Origin: Eledone cirrhosa
Taxonomy: Eukaryota
Direction of reading: 5' to 3'
DNA: 64,000 bases
Assembly (NCBI GenBank): GCA_964016885.1
Contig: OZ024747.1
Span: forward strand, 50,344,001 to 50,408,000
The position numbers and the translations under genes were made by a program. This document shows positions 29,113-43,587 of this stretch, piece after piece. The first letter of the stretch is position 1. Each line of letters starts with the position of its first letter. A model generated the notes under the pieces. The model saw only the letters and a list, made by a program, of their open reading frames with translations, ran no database searches and had not been told where the DNA came from.

Positions 29113-29506
29113 AATGTGTTTACAATATCACTGGTGCCAAGCTGTATCCGCCATTGGCCTTTACATTGGACAACATCACATATATAGTGTACATATCGTA
29201 TACACATAGTGTATATACAGTGTATATGTATGTAATATATAGTGTATATGTTGTGACGTCATTTGTGCCAAGCTGGATCGGTCTTTACTTTTTCCTTTGA
29301 ACAACATCAGTGGACAGAGAAGGGTGGCTGGTATACATCGGTGACTGCTGGTCTTCCAAAACAAACCTTGCCCAGACTTGTGACTCGGAGGGGAAACTTT
29401 CTATGCACAAACACATGCTCATTTGTAACACTTTACCTTTATATATAGCTACGCACACGCACACACACACACACACACACGCGCGCAGACACACACACAC
29501 ACACAG

Positions 29507-29624
<118 letters not shown>

Positions 29625-29659
29625 AGTAAGTATGTTTTGAAACAGTGAGCGAGTTTGAA

Positions 29660-29861
29660 ATTAGAAAATATATAGCTTTCACCGTATTTTTAACTAAAGG
29701 AATTTTAGCTTGATAACGGGGTTTAGAACCCTCAGATAAATGGAAAAAGATGAGTATTGACGTACATGTACGTCAATACTCATCTTTTTCCATTTATCTG
29801 AGGGTTCTAAACCCCGTTATCAAGCTAAAATTCCTTTAGTTAAAAATACGGTGAAAGCTAT

Positions 29862-29872
<11 letters not shown>
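29660..29872. repeat. Perfect ~210 bp palindrome ending at (TA)n
   Basis: Centre gacgtacatgtacgtc with no spacer. Arms ttagaaaatatatagctttcacc... and ...ggtgaaagctatatattttctaa. Confidence 0.9.
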
Positions 29873-29907
<35 letters not shown>

Positions 29908-29909
<2 letters not shown>

Positions 29910-30085
29910 ATGTAAAAGGTAAACAGAAATAACAACACAATCGGTACAGTGTTTGGATGGGATATATTAGGTCAACGCTTGATATAGCAGGAAGAGGGTC
30001 TTAACGTTTCGGACGCTAGTCCTTCATCAGAAGAAAGAATGAGAAATAAGATAGATTGAGGGGACGGGTGGGTTGGAATTGGATA
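29908..30085 (-). mobile_element. Family K terminal repeat with minimal HHR (29999-30034)
   Basis: Minus strand reads TCTT-CTGATGA-A-GGAC-tagc-GTCC-GAAA-CG-TT-AAGA. Second copy at 31080-31254. Confidence 0.85.
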
Positions 30086-30259
30086 AAAATGTCTTTAGAG
30101 AAAAGATTTGCGATTGGGCATATTGAAGGTACTAGGGTGGGAGTGAAAAATAGACGGGTAAGAAGAAGGTGGTGTAAGAAGATTGTAGAGGAAAAGTGGT
30201 AGAGAGTCGTCGAATATTTAAATGCAAGAAACAAAGAACATTTCAAAGTTTATTCAGGT

Positions 30260-30345
30260 GTAACGCACGTTTCGCGATTGATCAGCTCAAGGTACGATCC
30301 GTATCGATCGGGATCGACACTGGAATCAATAGCTCATCCGACTCG
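30260..30345 (-). ncRNA. Family E HHR variant with long stem II
   Basis: Minus strand reads CGGATGA-GCTATTGAT...ATCAATCGC-GAAA-CGTGCG-TT. Homologous to 36000-36095 and 24645-24715. Confidence 0.55.
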
Positions 30346-30563
30346 TGGTTTCCTTACTGGCGGTAGATATCAATGTACAGCTTTAGGCGCACCACATCCC
30401 AAAATACCTCTTGATGAGAGATCGACACCTCGTCCCTACTCATTTTTATTATTAACACTCCGAGGTTAACTTTGCCTTTCATCCTAACGGGGTCAATAAA
30501 ATAAAGTACCAGTAATGCACTGGGGTTATTGTTGGTCAAAAGTAGAAACAATTATTAACACTT

Positions 30564-30778
30564 CACATATAAAGTAGTTCGACCATAGTACTCCACATAT
30601 AAAGTAGTTCGACCATAGTACTCCACATATAAAGTAGTTCGACCATAGTACTCCCCATATAAAGTAGTTCGACCATAGTACTCCACATATAAAGTAGTTC
30701 GACCATAGTACTCCACATATAAAGTAGTTTAACCATAATACTCCACATATAAAGTAGTTTAACCATAGTACGCCACAT
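30564..30778. repeat. 30-bp minisatellite, 7 copies
   Basis: Unit cacatataaagtagttcgaccatagtactc. Confidence 0.95.
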
Positions 30779-30854
30779 TATATACTAAACCTGACCTACC
30801 TATGCATCGAGTACAGAATTTGGTGAACCAATAATAACGTAAAGTTACAAACTA

Positions 30855-30969
<115 letters not shown>

Positions 30970-31079
30970 TAATATAGAAGAGCTTCTACAGGACTAGAAC
31001 TGTTACATTCTCTGCTATGTATTGAGTACCCTACTTACTGTGGTTACCTCCGATTCAACCCGGAATAACATATATATAT

Positions 31080-31254
31080 GTATGTAAAAGGTAAACAGAA
31101 ATAACAACACAATCGGTACAGTGTATGGAAGGGATATATTAGGTTAACGCTTGATATAGCAGGAAGCGGGTCTTAACGTTTCGGACGCTAGTCCTTCATC
31201 AGAAGAAAGAATGAGAAATAAAATAGATTAAGGGGACGGGTGGGATGGAATTTG
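31080..31254 (-). mobile_element. Family K terminal repeat, second copy, HHR at 31171-31206
   Basis: Near-identical to 29908-30085. Confidence 0.85.
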
Positions 31255-31272
31255 AAATATATATATATATGA

Positions 31273-31332
<60 letters not shown>

Positions 31333-31771
31333 TCATGTGTATATATTATAAAATCTGCCGACAGTAATTTCGATGCTCCATTTTAAAAGAAGCTCAACTC
31401 TATTTCATGTCTTAAGTATTAAGTTCTTTATTTAGATGTGTTGCAGCTTTGGCAACAGAAACAATCGCATATTACACACCCACATATCACACACACATAT
31501 CACACACACACACATATATCACACACACATATCACACACACACATATCACACACACATATCACACACACACATATCACACACACAGATATCACACACACA
31601 CATATCACACACACATATCTCACACACACACACACATACATATCACACACACACACATATCACACACACACACATATTACACACACATCACACACACACA
31701 TATCACACACACACATCACACACACACGCATATCACATATCACACACATACACATATCACACACGCATATA

Positions 31772-31813
<42 letters not shown>

Positions 31814-32004
31814 ACACACATATCACACACACACATACACACATATATCACACACACACACACACATATCACACACATATCACACACACATATCACATAT
31901 CACACACACACATATCACACTCACACATATCACATATCATACGCACACACACACACACACATATAACACACACAAATACGCACATATATCACACACACAA
32001 ATAC

Positions 32005-33528
32005 TGATATCCTCACTAGCGGAGCCTGCTTCTTCCACAGAAACGAGCATGCGTACCATCTTGGCGAGGTGTTCACGGGGACAAGGCACGACAGTCAAGC
32101 GGTAGTAGATGACGGACGCTATGAAAGTGTTCGCCACCTCCGCTCGACCTTTCAAGGACAGTTTGCACTCTTCACACTTCTGGGTGAGCGCAAACACATT
32201 GGCCGTGACCTCGTTCCAGTTTTTCTCCACCTGGAGATCTAGACCGAACCAGACCCCGAGCAATTTCTCCGGTCCATCCGTCCAGCGTCCAACGACGCTG
32301 TCGGACGTCATCGGTTTGCTTCTCCACGTAGCGAGTTGCAAACCGACAGTCTTGTCCGGGTTTAGTTTTGTTCCCGTCAGCGTTTCGTATTCTTTCAGTA
32401 TGTTGCCGATCACCCCGATTTCCGAGGTGCTCGACACCATTACTGTTACGTCGTCGGCATAAGCCGACGCCGCTTTGCGCAGTCCCGGTTCTAGAGGGAT
32501 GCCCTGCAACAGCTCCAATTTCCGCAGTAGTGGCTCTAGAGTCAATACATACAGAATGGAGGAGAGAGGGCATCCCTGTCGAATGGAACGCGTGATTGCG
32601 AATGGCTCCGATAGGTAGCCGTTTACCTTGACCCTCGAGCAGATGCTGGTGTGCATCGCCTCGATCCAGCCTCTAAAAACAGGACCGAAACCGGCCTCCT
32701 TGAGAACCGCTTCCAAGTATCGATGGTCGACCCTATCGAATGCCTTAGACAGATCCAAATTGATCAGAGCCCCACCGAAGCTGGGTTTACTACCCACCCT
32801 CTCTATGATGTATCGCATGAGGTGGAAGTTGTCGTGTATATACCTGGTCGGGATTGCACACGTTTGCGCTTTCCCTACCAGGTTCTCGACGACAAGCGCC
32901 AACCTCGTCGCTAGCACCTTGGCCAAAATCTTTAACTCTGTCCTCCTTGTTCTCGTCTTTCCTGATCAGCGTTACTACGCCCTTGCATGAAGAACTGGGA
33001 ATTCTCCCGTTCTGCTGCCAATTGCAGTAGACGGCTTCGAGGACGCCAGAGAACAATTGCGGCATACCTAGGTAAAACTCATAGGGTAGACCATCTAGAC
33101 CGGGTGACTTGCGTTTCTTGCAGCGGCCCAGAGCGTCCCGTATCTCAGTGTCTGTGATCGGTCTTTCGCAGAACTCGGCGTCCGTGTTCGAGAGACCCGG
33201 CAGGCCGTCTGAAGGCTCCACCTCCAATACTGTTCACGTCTAGGACTACCAGTCCACCCTCCGGGTCCAAGTGTACTAGCTGTACTTCGACGTCCAGGTT
33301 CTTCCGAAACATGACAGCCACTCCCCCTCCACTTCCTGGCTGACAGAGAAATGCGTAGATCTCAAAGTCGTCGAAGATTGGGGTTAGTTTCTGCCCGTTA
33401 TGGATCCTGGACTCGGTGATGGCTACCACACCCATACCGTGTGACCTAAGGTCGTTTAAAAGTTGGCCCTGTTTCCAGGGCATCCCTAGGCCATGCACAT
33501 TCACGCTTCCAACTCGTAAACTAGCCAT
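32005..33528 (-). pseudogene. Tx1/L1-clade LINE ORF2 (APE endonuclease + RT), internally deleted and frameshifted
   Basis: MASLRVGSVNVHGL...AITESR (EN), KSPGLDGLPYEFY, LINLDLSKAFDRVDH, SIRQGCPLS, AYADDVTV, LLGVWFG. Confidence 0.92.
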
Positions 33529-33529
33529 G

Positions 33530-35413
33530 TTGGTTGAGAAGAGTTGGCGATCGGGTTGTTCAATCTCCATTTCAGTTCTGGTGGGGGTGTCGGGTGGGGT
33601 GGGGAAACATTTTAATAAGACGCGGTTAATAGGTTTTTGACATCCTGCGAAAACTGTTCTTTAAATTTCTGATAGGTTTCTATCGAAACCCTTATTAGTT
33701 TTAGGTGTGGAGACGATTCTGCTTTGTCGAAAGTTTTGCCCTCCGTCTCCACCTTGGGGCTTTGGGAGATGACCTCCAGCAAACTCTTGTTGTTTGTGTT
33801 GATGTATGCGTATTGTTGTTTTTGTTTTGGTTGTGTTGTTTTAGTTTGTTGTTCGTCCGGGAGTTTTCTTCTTATTAGGGTGCTTGTGTTTGGGGTGGTG
33901 TTGGTGTTGGTTTTACTGGTTGAGGAATGTTTGACTGTGGTGTTGTTTGTGTTGTTGTTTGTGTCTGTGATTGTGTGTTGGTGATTGGAGTTTTGAGGGT
34001 TTTGTGGTGTCTCTTTTTTGCTTTTTAGATTTCCGAGGCTCTACTTCTTCTTCACTTAAAGATGGAGAAGCAGCCTTATCTGCTGTGAATAATCATCGTC
34101 AGGAGTGTGGGGTAGGGGTATGTTGTGTGGTGATGATGTTTCGGTGTGTGTGTTTGTGGTAGTGTTTGATGGAGTGGGATGGGGTGGGGCTGTGTTCTTC
34201 AGGGGTGTTGTCTGTGTTTTTTCTGTTGTCGTTGGTTGAGTGGCTGTTTGTTTTGGCGTGTTTGCTCGTTTCGTCTGTCGTTGTACTCTGGTGGTGGTGG
34301 TTGTTTTGGTGTTGGTAATAGTGTTTTCTTAATGATGTTGTTGTGGTGTGTTTGTGAAGGACAGGAGGCCTTTAGGTGTGTTGTGCTACCACAGCGAAAG
34401 CAACGAGGTTTACGCCCCTCCACCGAAATGATTATTTTGTTGTTGTCGTCGATGACGACTTTTTCGGGTATTTTGGAGATTCTCTCCGGCCTCATCTGCA
34501 TCAGAATCTCCAAATCAGTACCCGCCCACCTTTGTCTAATAGACTTTCCTATTGAAAGAATAGCATCAGTCTCTGGCTCCACGAAGCCAGCAAGATCCAC
34601 CAGATGTTAATGTTTGGTGGTATATTTTTTATTTTTATTTTTTGTGTCTTTTTCACATGTACGTAGGTAAAAAGGTGAATGCTTTGGACACCATTGGTGT
34701 CACAGAATGTTTTTGGGCGAGTGCCTCGCTTTTAAACAGTACGGAAATACTTCCGTACTGTTTTCCTCGTTGAAGAAAGTCAATATTTTCTAGAGTCTCC
34801 TTCAAGGTGGCTTCTATGTCTCCTTGACTCACAAATATTGGCTTTCTCGTTGTGTTTGAGACAGTCCTGAAGTTCACTGTCCTTCGAACTATCTCGTCGT
34901 TTATTTCGAGGGGTGAGTTGATTCTAAACCCACCCTTGTCTTCGAAAGTTACAAATTTTCTCCCTTGCTGGAGCATATCTCTTGCATTGGAGATGTCAAA
35001 ATTTATAAAATCTTGTTTTTTGTTCACTGTTTCAACGGAAGACATTTTTTGTGTGTGGTGTTGCTGTTGTTGTTGCTATCGTTGTTAGCCTCGGTGTTGG
35101 AAATCGCAATTTCTTGACGAGGTGAAATTTTATCTGTAGATGTATCTATAGAGTTGTTGTTGTTTGATTTTTCATGTGTATGTATATTAATAGGTTTAAT
35201 TCCTGTGTTTTCCTGTGTATGTTGTGCGTTATTTTTCTCAGCTTCGACGGTAGAAATTTTTAAATGTTCATGTGGCAATATTATTTTTTCTTTGTTGACA
35301 GTCGTATCCATGACGACGTCCATAGTGGCAGAAGCAGATATAACGTTAATATCTGCCTTTCTACCTCTCTTTCCTCTGTCGACGTTCTCTCGCGTTCTTT
35401 CCAAGTTATTCAT
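33530..35413 (-). pseudogene. Tx1/L1-clade LINE ORF1 with CCHC zinc knuckle, frameshifted
   Basis: Three consecutive minus-strand ORFs upstream of ORF2. VEGRKPRCFRCGSTTHLKASC fits CX2CX4HX4C. Confidence 0.8.
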
Positions 35414-35629
35414 GTTTTATAGTCGGCAAATTTGATTTTTTTTAAAACAATTTTTAAATTAAATTTTCGACCCTAAAGGGGCGAAAAATGGGATTACCAC
35501 CCAGCTGACAATTCAGCTTGGGGGTTAATCTACAAAATGATATGTTTTTCCAAACAATTAGTTCAGTTTTTTGTATAGAAATTTACAAAAAAGCTTACCA
35601 CCGATGTTCCACGTGTCACGCAGATAGGG

Positions 35630-35684
<55 letters not shown>

Positions 35685-35804
35685 GAGTGATTGAGAGAAA
35701 GAAAGAGAAAAAGTGTCCAACCAAATGTTTGTGTATATTTTTTGCGTACGCACTTGTGTAAATTTTTGTAGTTCTCTCTTTCTCCTCTACCGCCCTCATT
35801 CAAA

Positions 35805-35912
<108 letters not shown>

Positions 35913-35999
35913 GTGTACACACACACACACACACACAGACACATATATATTTATATAATAATGAAAAGGACGATTTACAATGCCTTCATTACGTTTATT

Positions 36000-36095
36000 G
36001 AGTAGTGACGCGCGTTTCGCTATTGATCAGTTCAAGGTTCGATCTGTATTGATGTGGTCCGACTTTGGAATCAAAAAGCTCGTCGGACTTCAGCT
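36000..36095 (-). ncRNA. Family E HHR variant (CCGACGA core)
   Basis: Minus strand reads AGT-CCGACGA-GCTTTTTGAT...ATCAATAGC-GAAA-CGCGCG-TC-ACT, with palindromic stem III ACGCGCGT. Confidence 0.6.
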
Positions 36096-36208
36096 GGGAT
36101 AATGACATAATTATTTACAGACTGGAAACTACGCATCGTCTGCTCACTCGGGTAAACCTACAGCAACTGCACGTTACCCTCCCTATATATATTTATATAT
36201 ATATAGTA

Positions 36209-36345
36209 ATAATTGTTTCTACTTTAGGCACAAGGCCAGCAATTACCCAGTGCATTACTGGTACTTTATTTTATCGACCCCGTAAGGATGAAGCACAAAG
36301 TGAACCTCGGCGGGATTTGAATTCAGATCGTAAAGGGACGTAACT
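36209..36345 (-). mobile_element. OK-like SINE, truncated
   Basis: Same family. Further partial copies at 30460-30555, 36725-36766 and 38129-38237. Confidence 0.8.
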
Positions 36346-36503
36346 AATAATAAATATATACATGCATCGTCTTCCTTCGGTGGCAACGTTTTTTGAAATA
36401 TTTACTTCTGCGTTCACAGACTGACTTTTTTAGTTTCAGAAGATCCAGTTAAGGGTGAACGCAGCGATTCTTTGCTTAACCTTTAATCTGTTATTTTAAT
36501 AAA

Positions 36504-36589
<86 letters not shown>

Positions 36590-37183
36590 CACACACGTGC
36601 TTACATACATGCTCACACATAGACACATAAATATACATGCATATATACATGCATGCATAACTTTACGTATGTATGTGTGTTTGTGTTTCTCCCCCACTCT
36701 CTCTCTCTCAATATATTTATCATGCATTGGGATAATTGCTGGCCTTGTGCCAACAAGTAGAAACAAATATATTTATCGCGTCTATTTGATAGTGTGCGTA
36801 TATAAAGAAAAATATTTTAGTTTACAACTGAGTTTATATTCCGAGAAAGACCTGTGTGTATGTATGTATGTATTTGTGTGTGTGTGTGGGGTGGGGTGAG
36901 GGGTGGGGTGTATGTCGGTTGTATTTGTATTTGAGTGTGGGAGAACAGCGTGTAAACTTCTTTCTGTATACGCAGGTGTATGTGAAAGTATGTTTCTGTG
37001 CATATGTGTATATATGTGTGTATGTATATTATATATATATATAGAGAGAGCGAGCTAGCTAGCTAGATAGATAGATATATGTATGTATATGTGTATATGT
37101 ACATATACATATATATATATGTGTATGTATATATATATGAATATATATATATATATAGAGAGAGAGATATGTATATATATATT

Positions 37184-37223
<40 letters not shown>

Positions 37224-37347
37224 AGGGTAAGGGCATGTAAAGATAAAACGATATTAGAAAGAAATATAGAGAAATTGGTAAAAACTATCGATTATTTACT
37301 TTTCGATCGATTGATGGATTGACTTACAGTCTGCATGTGTATTGAAG

Positions 37348-37417
<70 letters not shown>

Positions 37418-37493
37418 ATACATACTTAGATTTCTAATTTCTTTCCCTTTCAATCTCTTTACACACACATAACCACACACACACAAACACACT

Positions 37494-37545
<52 letters not shown>

Positions 37546-37870
37546 TGTGTATTATATATATATATAAACAGACACATAAATACACACATTTGAGAGAGAG
37601 AGAGAGAGAGAGGGGGGGGGGAGAGGGAGAGACAGCGAGAGAGCAAGACTATAGAAAAATAGAATTACATTATAACTAGATATATCTTTATATAATTGTT
37701 CATTTTTATTGATTATGGCTCAGATCTGACATTTCTTTTGTTAAGTACACACCTACCCCATCACACATCTACCTCTCACACATTCTCATACACACTCTTC
37801 CGCAATCTCTCTTGCTCTCTCTCTCTCTCTCTCACTCTTTCTCTCAAATGTGTGTATATATGTGTCTGTT

Positions 37871-37960
<90 letters not shown>

Positions 37961-38232
37961 CGTGTGTGTGTGTGTTTCAGGTTTAATCGGAGGTAACCAC
38001 AGTAGGTAAGGTACTCAATATATTAGTAGGGTGTAAACATCATGTTTAATTTAGAAGTGGCTTCTACAGGACTAGAACCATTTCACTTCTGATTATTACT
38101 TATTAATGAAACAGTTCTAGTTCTGTTGAAATCCCGCCGAGGTTAACTTTCCTTTCATTTTCACGGGGTCGTTAAAATAAAGTACCAGTAATATACTGAG
38201 ATAATTGGTGGCCTTGTGTCAAAAGTAGAAAC

Positions 38233-38279
<47 letters not shown>

Positions 38280-38659
38280 ACCGGACAAATTGAATTTGTC
38301 CTAGCATGCCGAATTTTCCACTCGCTCCATGATTTTACGGAACCTGTATTTCCCAGGTACAATTCTGTATGTCATAGCGCACACAATGAGTTGATCAGTG
38401 GTAAAAACGGTGTTATGTGGGAACACCATAAAATTACGCTCTCGACTAATGACACACATAGTTTCTTCGTTGCATCCTGCGCCTGGGTGTACAAGTGCTG
38501 CACTCAATGCGCTGAAGCTTACAGGCCCAGACTATAGAACTAATCACACATTTTGGCGGTTAAATTTCAAATAATTTGAAGATCGCGTATATATATATAT
38601 ATATATATATAAACATTTATTGTACTGCCTCTCTGTTCTGTCCCTGTTCAATTTTTCAT

Positions 38660-41141
38660 TATATATAACACACGCTCACACGGCTTCCATCCTTGGAACT
38701 TAACTTAACAACCCGCTCAACCCCGATCTAATCCGCCGTGACCTTTCTCCGAACTTTACACACCTTCCCACACTTTGTCTTTCCTTCCACGCATTACCTC
38801 TGTTTGATTTTGTTACCGTACCTTTTTTTCCGTATAAGATTCTTTGCCTGTGTTCTTACAATTGTATTTCTATGATTTTTTGTTCACGATCGCCTGTGTT
38901 ATTACCTTTATGATTTTTTGTCTTTAATTTTCCGGTGTTTACTCCCCCCCTCCCTAGGTTTTTCTATTTCTTTTTCCCTTCCCCGTCTCTGCCTATCCTT
39001 CGCACTCACCCCTTCGTTCACTCCACCCCGCTTCACACTCCTGCCCTCTCATCCCTCCCCCTGCTTTCACCCAACGCCCATCATGCCCAACCTGAGATCC
39101 TTTCTCCACCAACTCCACAATCGCCTCAAACTTTTCCTCACCCCCCTCCTTCCACCCTGCTATCTCCCCTCCGCCCTTCAACTCTCCTACCTTCTCCTCG
39201 CCAAAACCCGGCACTCCAGCCACATCTATTTCCTCAGCCACTGTCTCCGCCTCCACCTTATCCCCCTCGGCTTCCGTCTACACTTCCACCCCTCCCCCGC
39301 TGCCTCCCCCTCCGCGCAACGTATCCTCACCCGATCCTCACGCATTCTGATGCGCAACTCCATCCGCGCCTCCCGTTCCACCCTCCGCCTACTTGACCAC
39401 CAACTGACCCCCACCCTCCTCCGCCTTTACTCCACCTGCCACCCCCTCCTCGCCCAAGCCATCCTCTCCTTCATCCACAACCTCAACCACAACCTCTTCT
39501 CGTTCCTCAGCTCCACCAAAGCCCGCAAGCTACACTCACTCCTCCCCCCCCCATCTACCACCACCCGCCCATCCCCATACGCCCACCACTCTCCACCTCT
39601 CCCCCGACCCACACCCCTACCCAATCTCCACCCTCCACCTCACCCCTCACTTCACCCTCCCTTCCCTCCCCAAACACCCAAACCCCACCCCTTGTTGTCA
39701 CCATAACCCCTGACCTCCCCCTCTCCGCACCTGAGCGCTCACTCCTTAGTAGAGGCCTTCACTTCATACCCCACACTCCGCTCAGCGACGAGTTCCGCAC
39801 CCGAACGGAAGTCGAGCGATTCGTGCGACGCACTAAGCTACAGGCACATTTCAGCCGAACGCCACCGGCTCCGGACGCCCCAGACCCGTTTCTCGCCCTG
39901 GGCCGACGACGATCTTCTTGGACGCCGGCCCCAGGGCAATTTAGCACCCTGGACGCCTTCGTCGATGCCAGCCGTAGCGCAGTAAATCGTTTCGACTTCC
40001 GCCACCGTTCCAAACGGCACAACATCTCACGGGGCGAACTCCTCGCTCTCCGCTCCCTCCGTAGCCGAGATGACATCGTCATCAAACCGGCGGACAAGGG
40101 AGACGCCGTGGTGGTATGGCGCGCGGACCTCTACACGGCCGAAGCCCTCAGGCAGCTCTGTAACCCCCTCTTTTACCGCCCTCTACCCTCCGATCCCACC
40201 CCCCTCTACCAACAACAAGTCTCCTCCACCATCAAAGACCTTATCGCTTCCTCCCTCCTCCCCCCACCGCTTCCCACCTCATCGTCCGCACCCCCCGCAC
40301 CCCCACCATCTACTTCCTCCCCAAACTCCACAAACCCGACAACCCCGGCCGCCTCTGTAGCCGTGATGCTGACTTCGAGTCCCAGGCCCTTTCCCTAGTC
40401 AGCCATTTCATCCGCAGAGGTTCCCCCCCCCCCCCCCTCTCGTCTACACCGCTCTCACCCGCGCCCGTGCTATCCCCCGCTCCACCACCCTCACCCTACG
40501 CCACCGCACACCCACCCACCGTCTCCCCTTCCCCATCACCTACCACCCCTCCACCTTACCCCTCCACCGCACCATCCGCCGCCTCTTCCGACGCCTCCAG
40601 TCCGACCCCTCCACCTCCCACATCTTCCCAACCCCACCACTCCCCTCCTTCAAACGCGCACGCAATCTCCGCACCCTCCTCGTCCACAGCTCCCTACCCC
40701 CCAACCCACGCTCCGGTTCCCCCCCAGTTCCTTCCCCTGTTCTAGGCCCCGCTGCAACACCTGTCCCCACATCACCAACACCACCACCTTCCAGGGTCCC
40801 AACGCCCACTCTCTCTCGGTCCGGCATGCCTTCCGCTGCACCTCCTCCAACCTAGTCTACGGACTTCGTTGCACGGAGTGCAGCGCGACTTATGTCGGAC
40901 AGACGGGACGTCGCCTGGCGGACCGAGTCACGGAGCACCTCCGGGATATTCGTCTCGGGGGCAGTTCCCCCATCGCTCGCCACTTTGGTGGCCCTGGACA
41001 CTCCGCACGCCATCTCACAGTCTGTGGCCTACTCCAGTGCCACGGAACACCCGCCCATCGCCTTACGGTCGAACAACGCACTATCTTCATCTTACAGACC
41101 CACACTCCCCCCGGCCTGAACTCCCCACCCTTATTCCTTTA
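38660..41141 (+). mobile_element. Penelope-like retroelement (Neptune-like), RT core deleted, GIY-YIG recognisable
   Basis: LSAPERSLLSRGLHFIP, NISRGELLALRSLRSRDDIVIKPADKGDAVVVW, YFLPKLHKPDNPG, then a deletion at about 40355. Downstream: FKRARNLRTLLVHS, CSRPRCNTC, CTSSNLVYGLRCTECSATYVGQTGRRLADRVTEH...IARHF...EQRTIFILQTHTPPGLN. Confidence 0.92.
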
Positions 41142-42182
41142 GCGTTAGACCGCCCCCCTCCCCCCACACTTATCCCCCACTAACACCACTAACACACCCC
41201 TCCTTTTCACCGCCCACCCCACACTACCAATACTATCACCTCCACTCCACCCCTCATCTGACCACCCTTCCCCAACTAACATACTAACATCCCTTCCCTC
41301 CCCTCTCCCCCCTCCTTATCACACGCACCCACTTACACCACCCACCCCACACGCAACTAACATCACTAACACCCCCCAACCCCACGCACACGTACCCACA
41401 CACCCTCGTACACCACCAACTCTACACACCGTACCACCACTAACCCCCACTCACACCAGCATTCCACCCCTCCCCACCTCCCATATACTAACACCCACTA
41501 ACACCTCTTCACCAAACTACACACACACCAGTACACCACACTCCCTCCATAGAACCACACACACCCTTCTCTCCCCGCTCCACACTCACTCATCCCACTA
41601 ACACCCCTACTAATACACACACACACACACACACACACACCCTCCTCACTACAACTCTCACACCTACCCATCCCCGCCTCCCTACCATTCCGCCGACTGC
41701 TGCTATGCCCTTCCGACCACCTCTCAGCACCAACTGACCACAGCACTCCCACTGCTGACCACTTCTTGTTGCGCGCGAACCCCACATCTCTCCTCTTCCG
41801 ACCACCGCTTCTTGGATTACCCACACGCGAAATTGACTTCTAACCAAATCTCCAAACAAAAGGGTGAAAAATCAAGTCAGTGATACAAGTGAACATAAGA
41901 TCTGGCGAATCCTTGACGAGAAGACGAAAGACGCATCCAAGCCATGCGAAATGTGAGCGAGAAAAGAATTTCACACGGGTCAGACGGGTGGGAGTGAGAG
42001 AGGGTGAGTAGCAGAGAGTGAGTGAGTGAAAGTATGAGGAAGATGCTAGCCGAGAGAGGGTGACTAGCAGAGAGGGTGAATGAAAGTAAGAGGTACAAGG
42101 AGAGAGAAGGTGGAAAGAGAAAGAGGATATATATATGTGTAGGACACCTCGGTTATTTTTCATTTTGTAAAAAAAACCTCAC

Positions 42183-42211
<29 letters not shown>

Positions 42212-42213
<2 letters not shown>

Positions 42214-42269
42214 GGAACGAGTAGGACCCCGACGGCTGAGCTCAAGCCGTTTCGAGGGCTAATTCTGGA
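42212..42269 (-). mobile_element. Family A fragment (HHR 3' half only)
   Basis: gaccccgacggctgagctcaagccgtttcga, lying within (TA)n. Confidence 0.75.
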
Positions 42270-43544
42270 TATATATATATATATATAATCAAAACAGCAG
42301 TAGTATCATATCAAACAATCCTAAAAATTTTTTTTTTCTTTTCTGTCACGGGGAGTGGTCAAAGCTTTTGGGATATAGTTTACATAGTTAAATTCCTTCA
42401 TAGCGGTCGGCGGGGGTCGGTAGCTGAACTTGCCTCTAGAACAAAGAGAAGGGAGTAAGATGACAATCTGTGCTGTGGATGCCAGGCCGGTCATGCGTTA
42501 AGAGAGAATTCTTTACAGCTATCTCTAAAGATGGTAAGAATCAGGGGTGAAGGGTCCGTGCATGCAATGCATCAGTGCATGAGTTATAGAATCTTGAGTT
42601 GATCAATTGCGTCGGTTGAAGTAAGCAGAATTGTGGCTGCTTACTAAAACGTATAGACACAAAAAAAGATAACACACACACACATACACACAAACACATA
42701 CACACAAACACATACACACAAACACATACACACAAACACATACACACAAACACATGACAGCTTTGGGGCAAGCAGAATTTTTACTGCTTACTAAATCGTA
42801 GATACATAAAAAGATAACACACACACATTAGATAACACTACATGCGGCTTTGACTGGGAGGGTCATTTAGAGGGAATGGGGGGGGGGGATACACAACCCC
42901 ACTTTTCGCCATGGCGATTGGACTGCATGCCCTGCTTTCCAGGTTACCCTTCGCCACTGGTAAGAACCTATGATAAACAAAGAATGTAAATAAACTTCGT
43001 TTAGGGACACAACACTATGGTAAAGGACGTGCGTCTACATGTGAGAACACAGATACCTAAATATGGAATGTTACGCGATGGCTTATATAAGATGAATATA
43101 ATAGTGTAGATAAGCAATGATCCGCCTAAGTGTAATTAGAGTGTGTAACTAATGAAGAAAAAGAAAATAAGAGAAGAAAAAAAAATGTCTACCTCTACCT
43201 AAGTATACTTGGGGTTGCCTCTTCTTAGGAAAAAGATACAGCAGAGATCTACCCACCCGGGTCGTGAGGGGGTTTGAAGGTAAAATATGTCATATATATT
43301 CTGTTTTTACACGAGGTAACAAGTTCATCCTTTTTGTTTAACAGTTGGTCCTTTGCAAACAGCATCTGGATCGTTTCCTCCGAGCATAAATTACACGGAT
43401 GGCGTCCTCCCGAGTAGGATTTTGCCCAGGAAAGTATGCTCCAGCTTAGATGGTACGTAATATTGTAGTCTTGGTAGTCCTAAATATGGCCGGAAAGTGT
43501 TGTCGAAAGGGTCAGATCTCAGCCGTCGGAGTCCTGACTTTTTT

Positions 43545-43586
<42 letters not shown>

Positions 43587-43587
<1 letters not shown>

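Noticed and set aside
36430-36505. CAGAAGA-T-CC...GG-T-GAA as a hammerhead (second copy at 59476-59545)
   Set aside because: It is a real repeat family ending near (TA)n, but the core is altered and stem III/NUH cannot be drawn.
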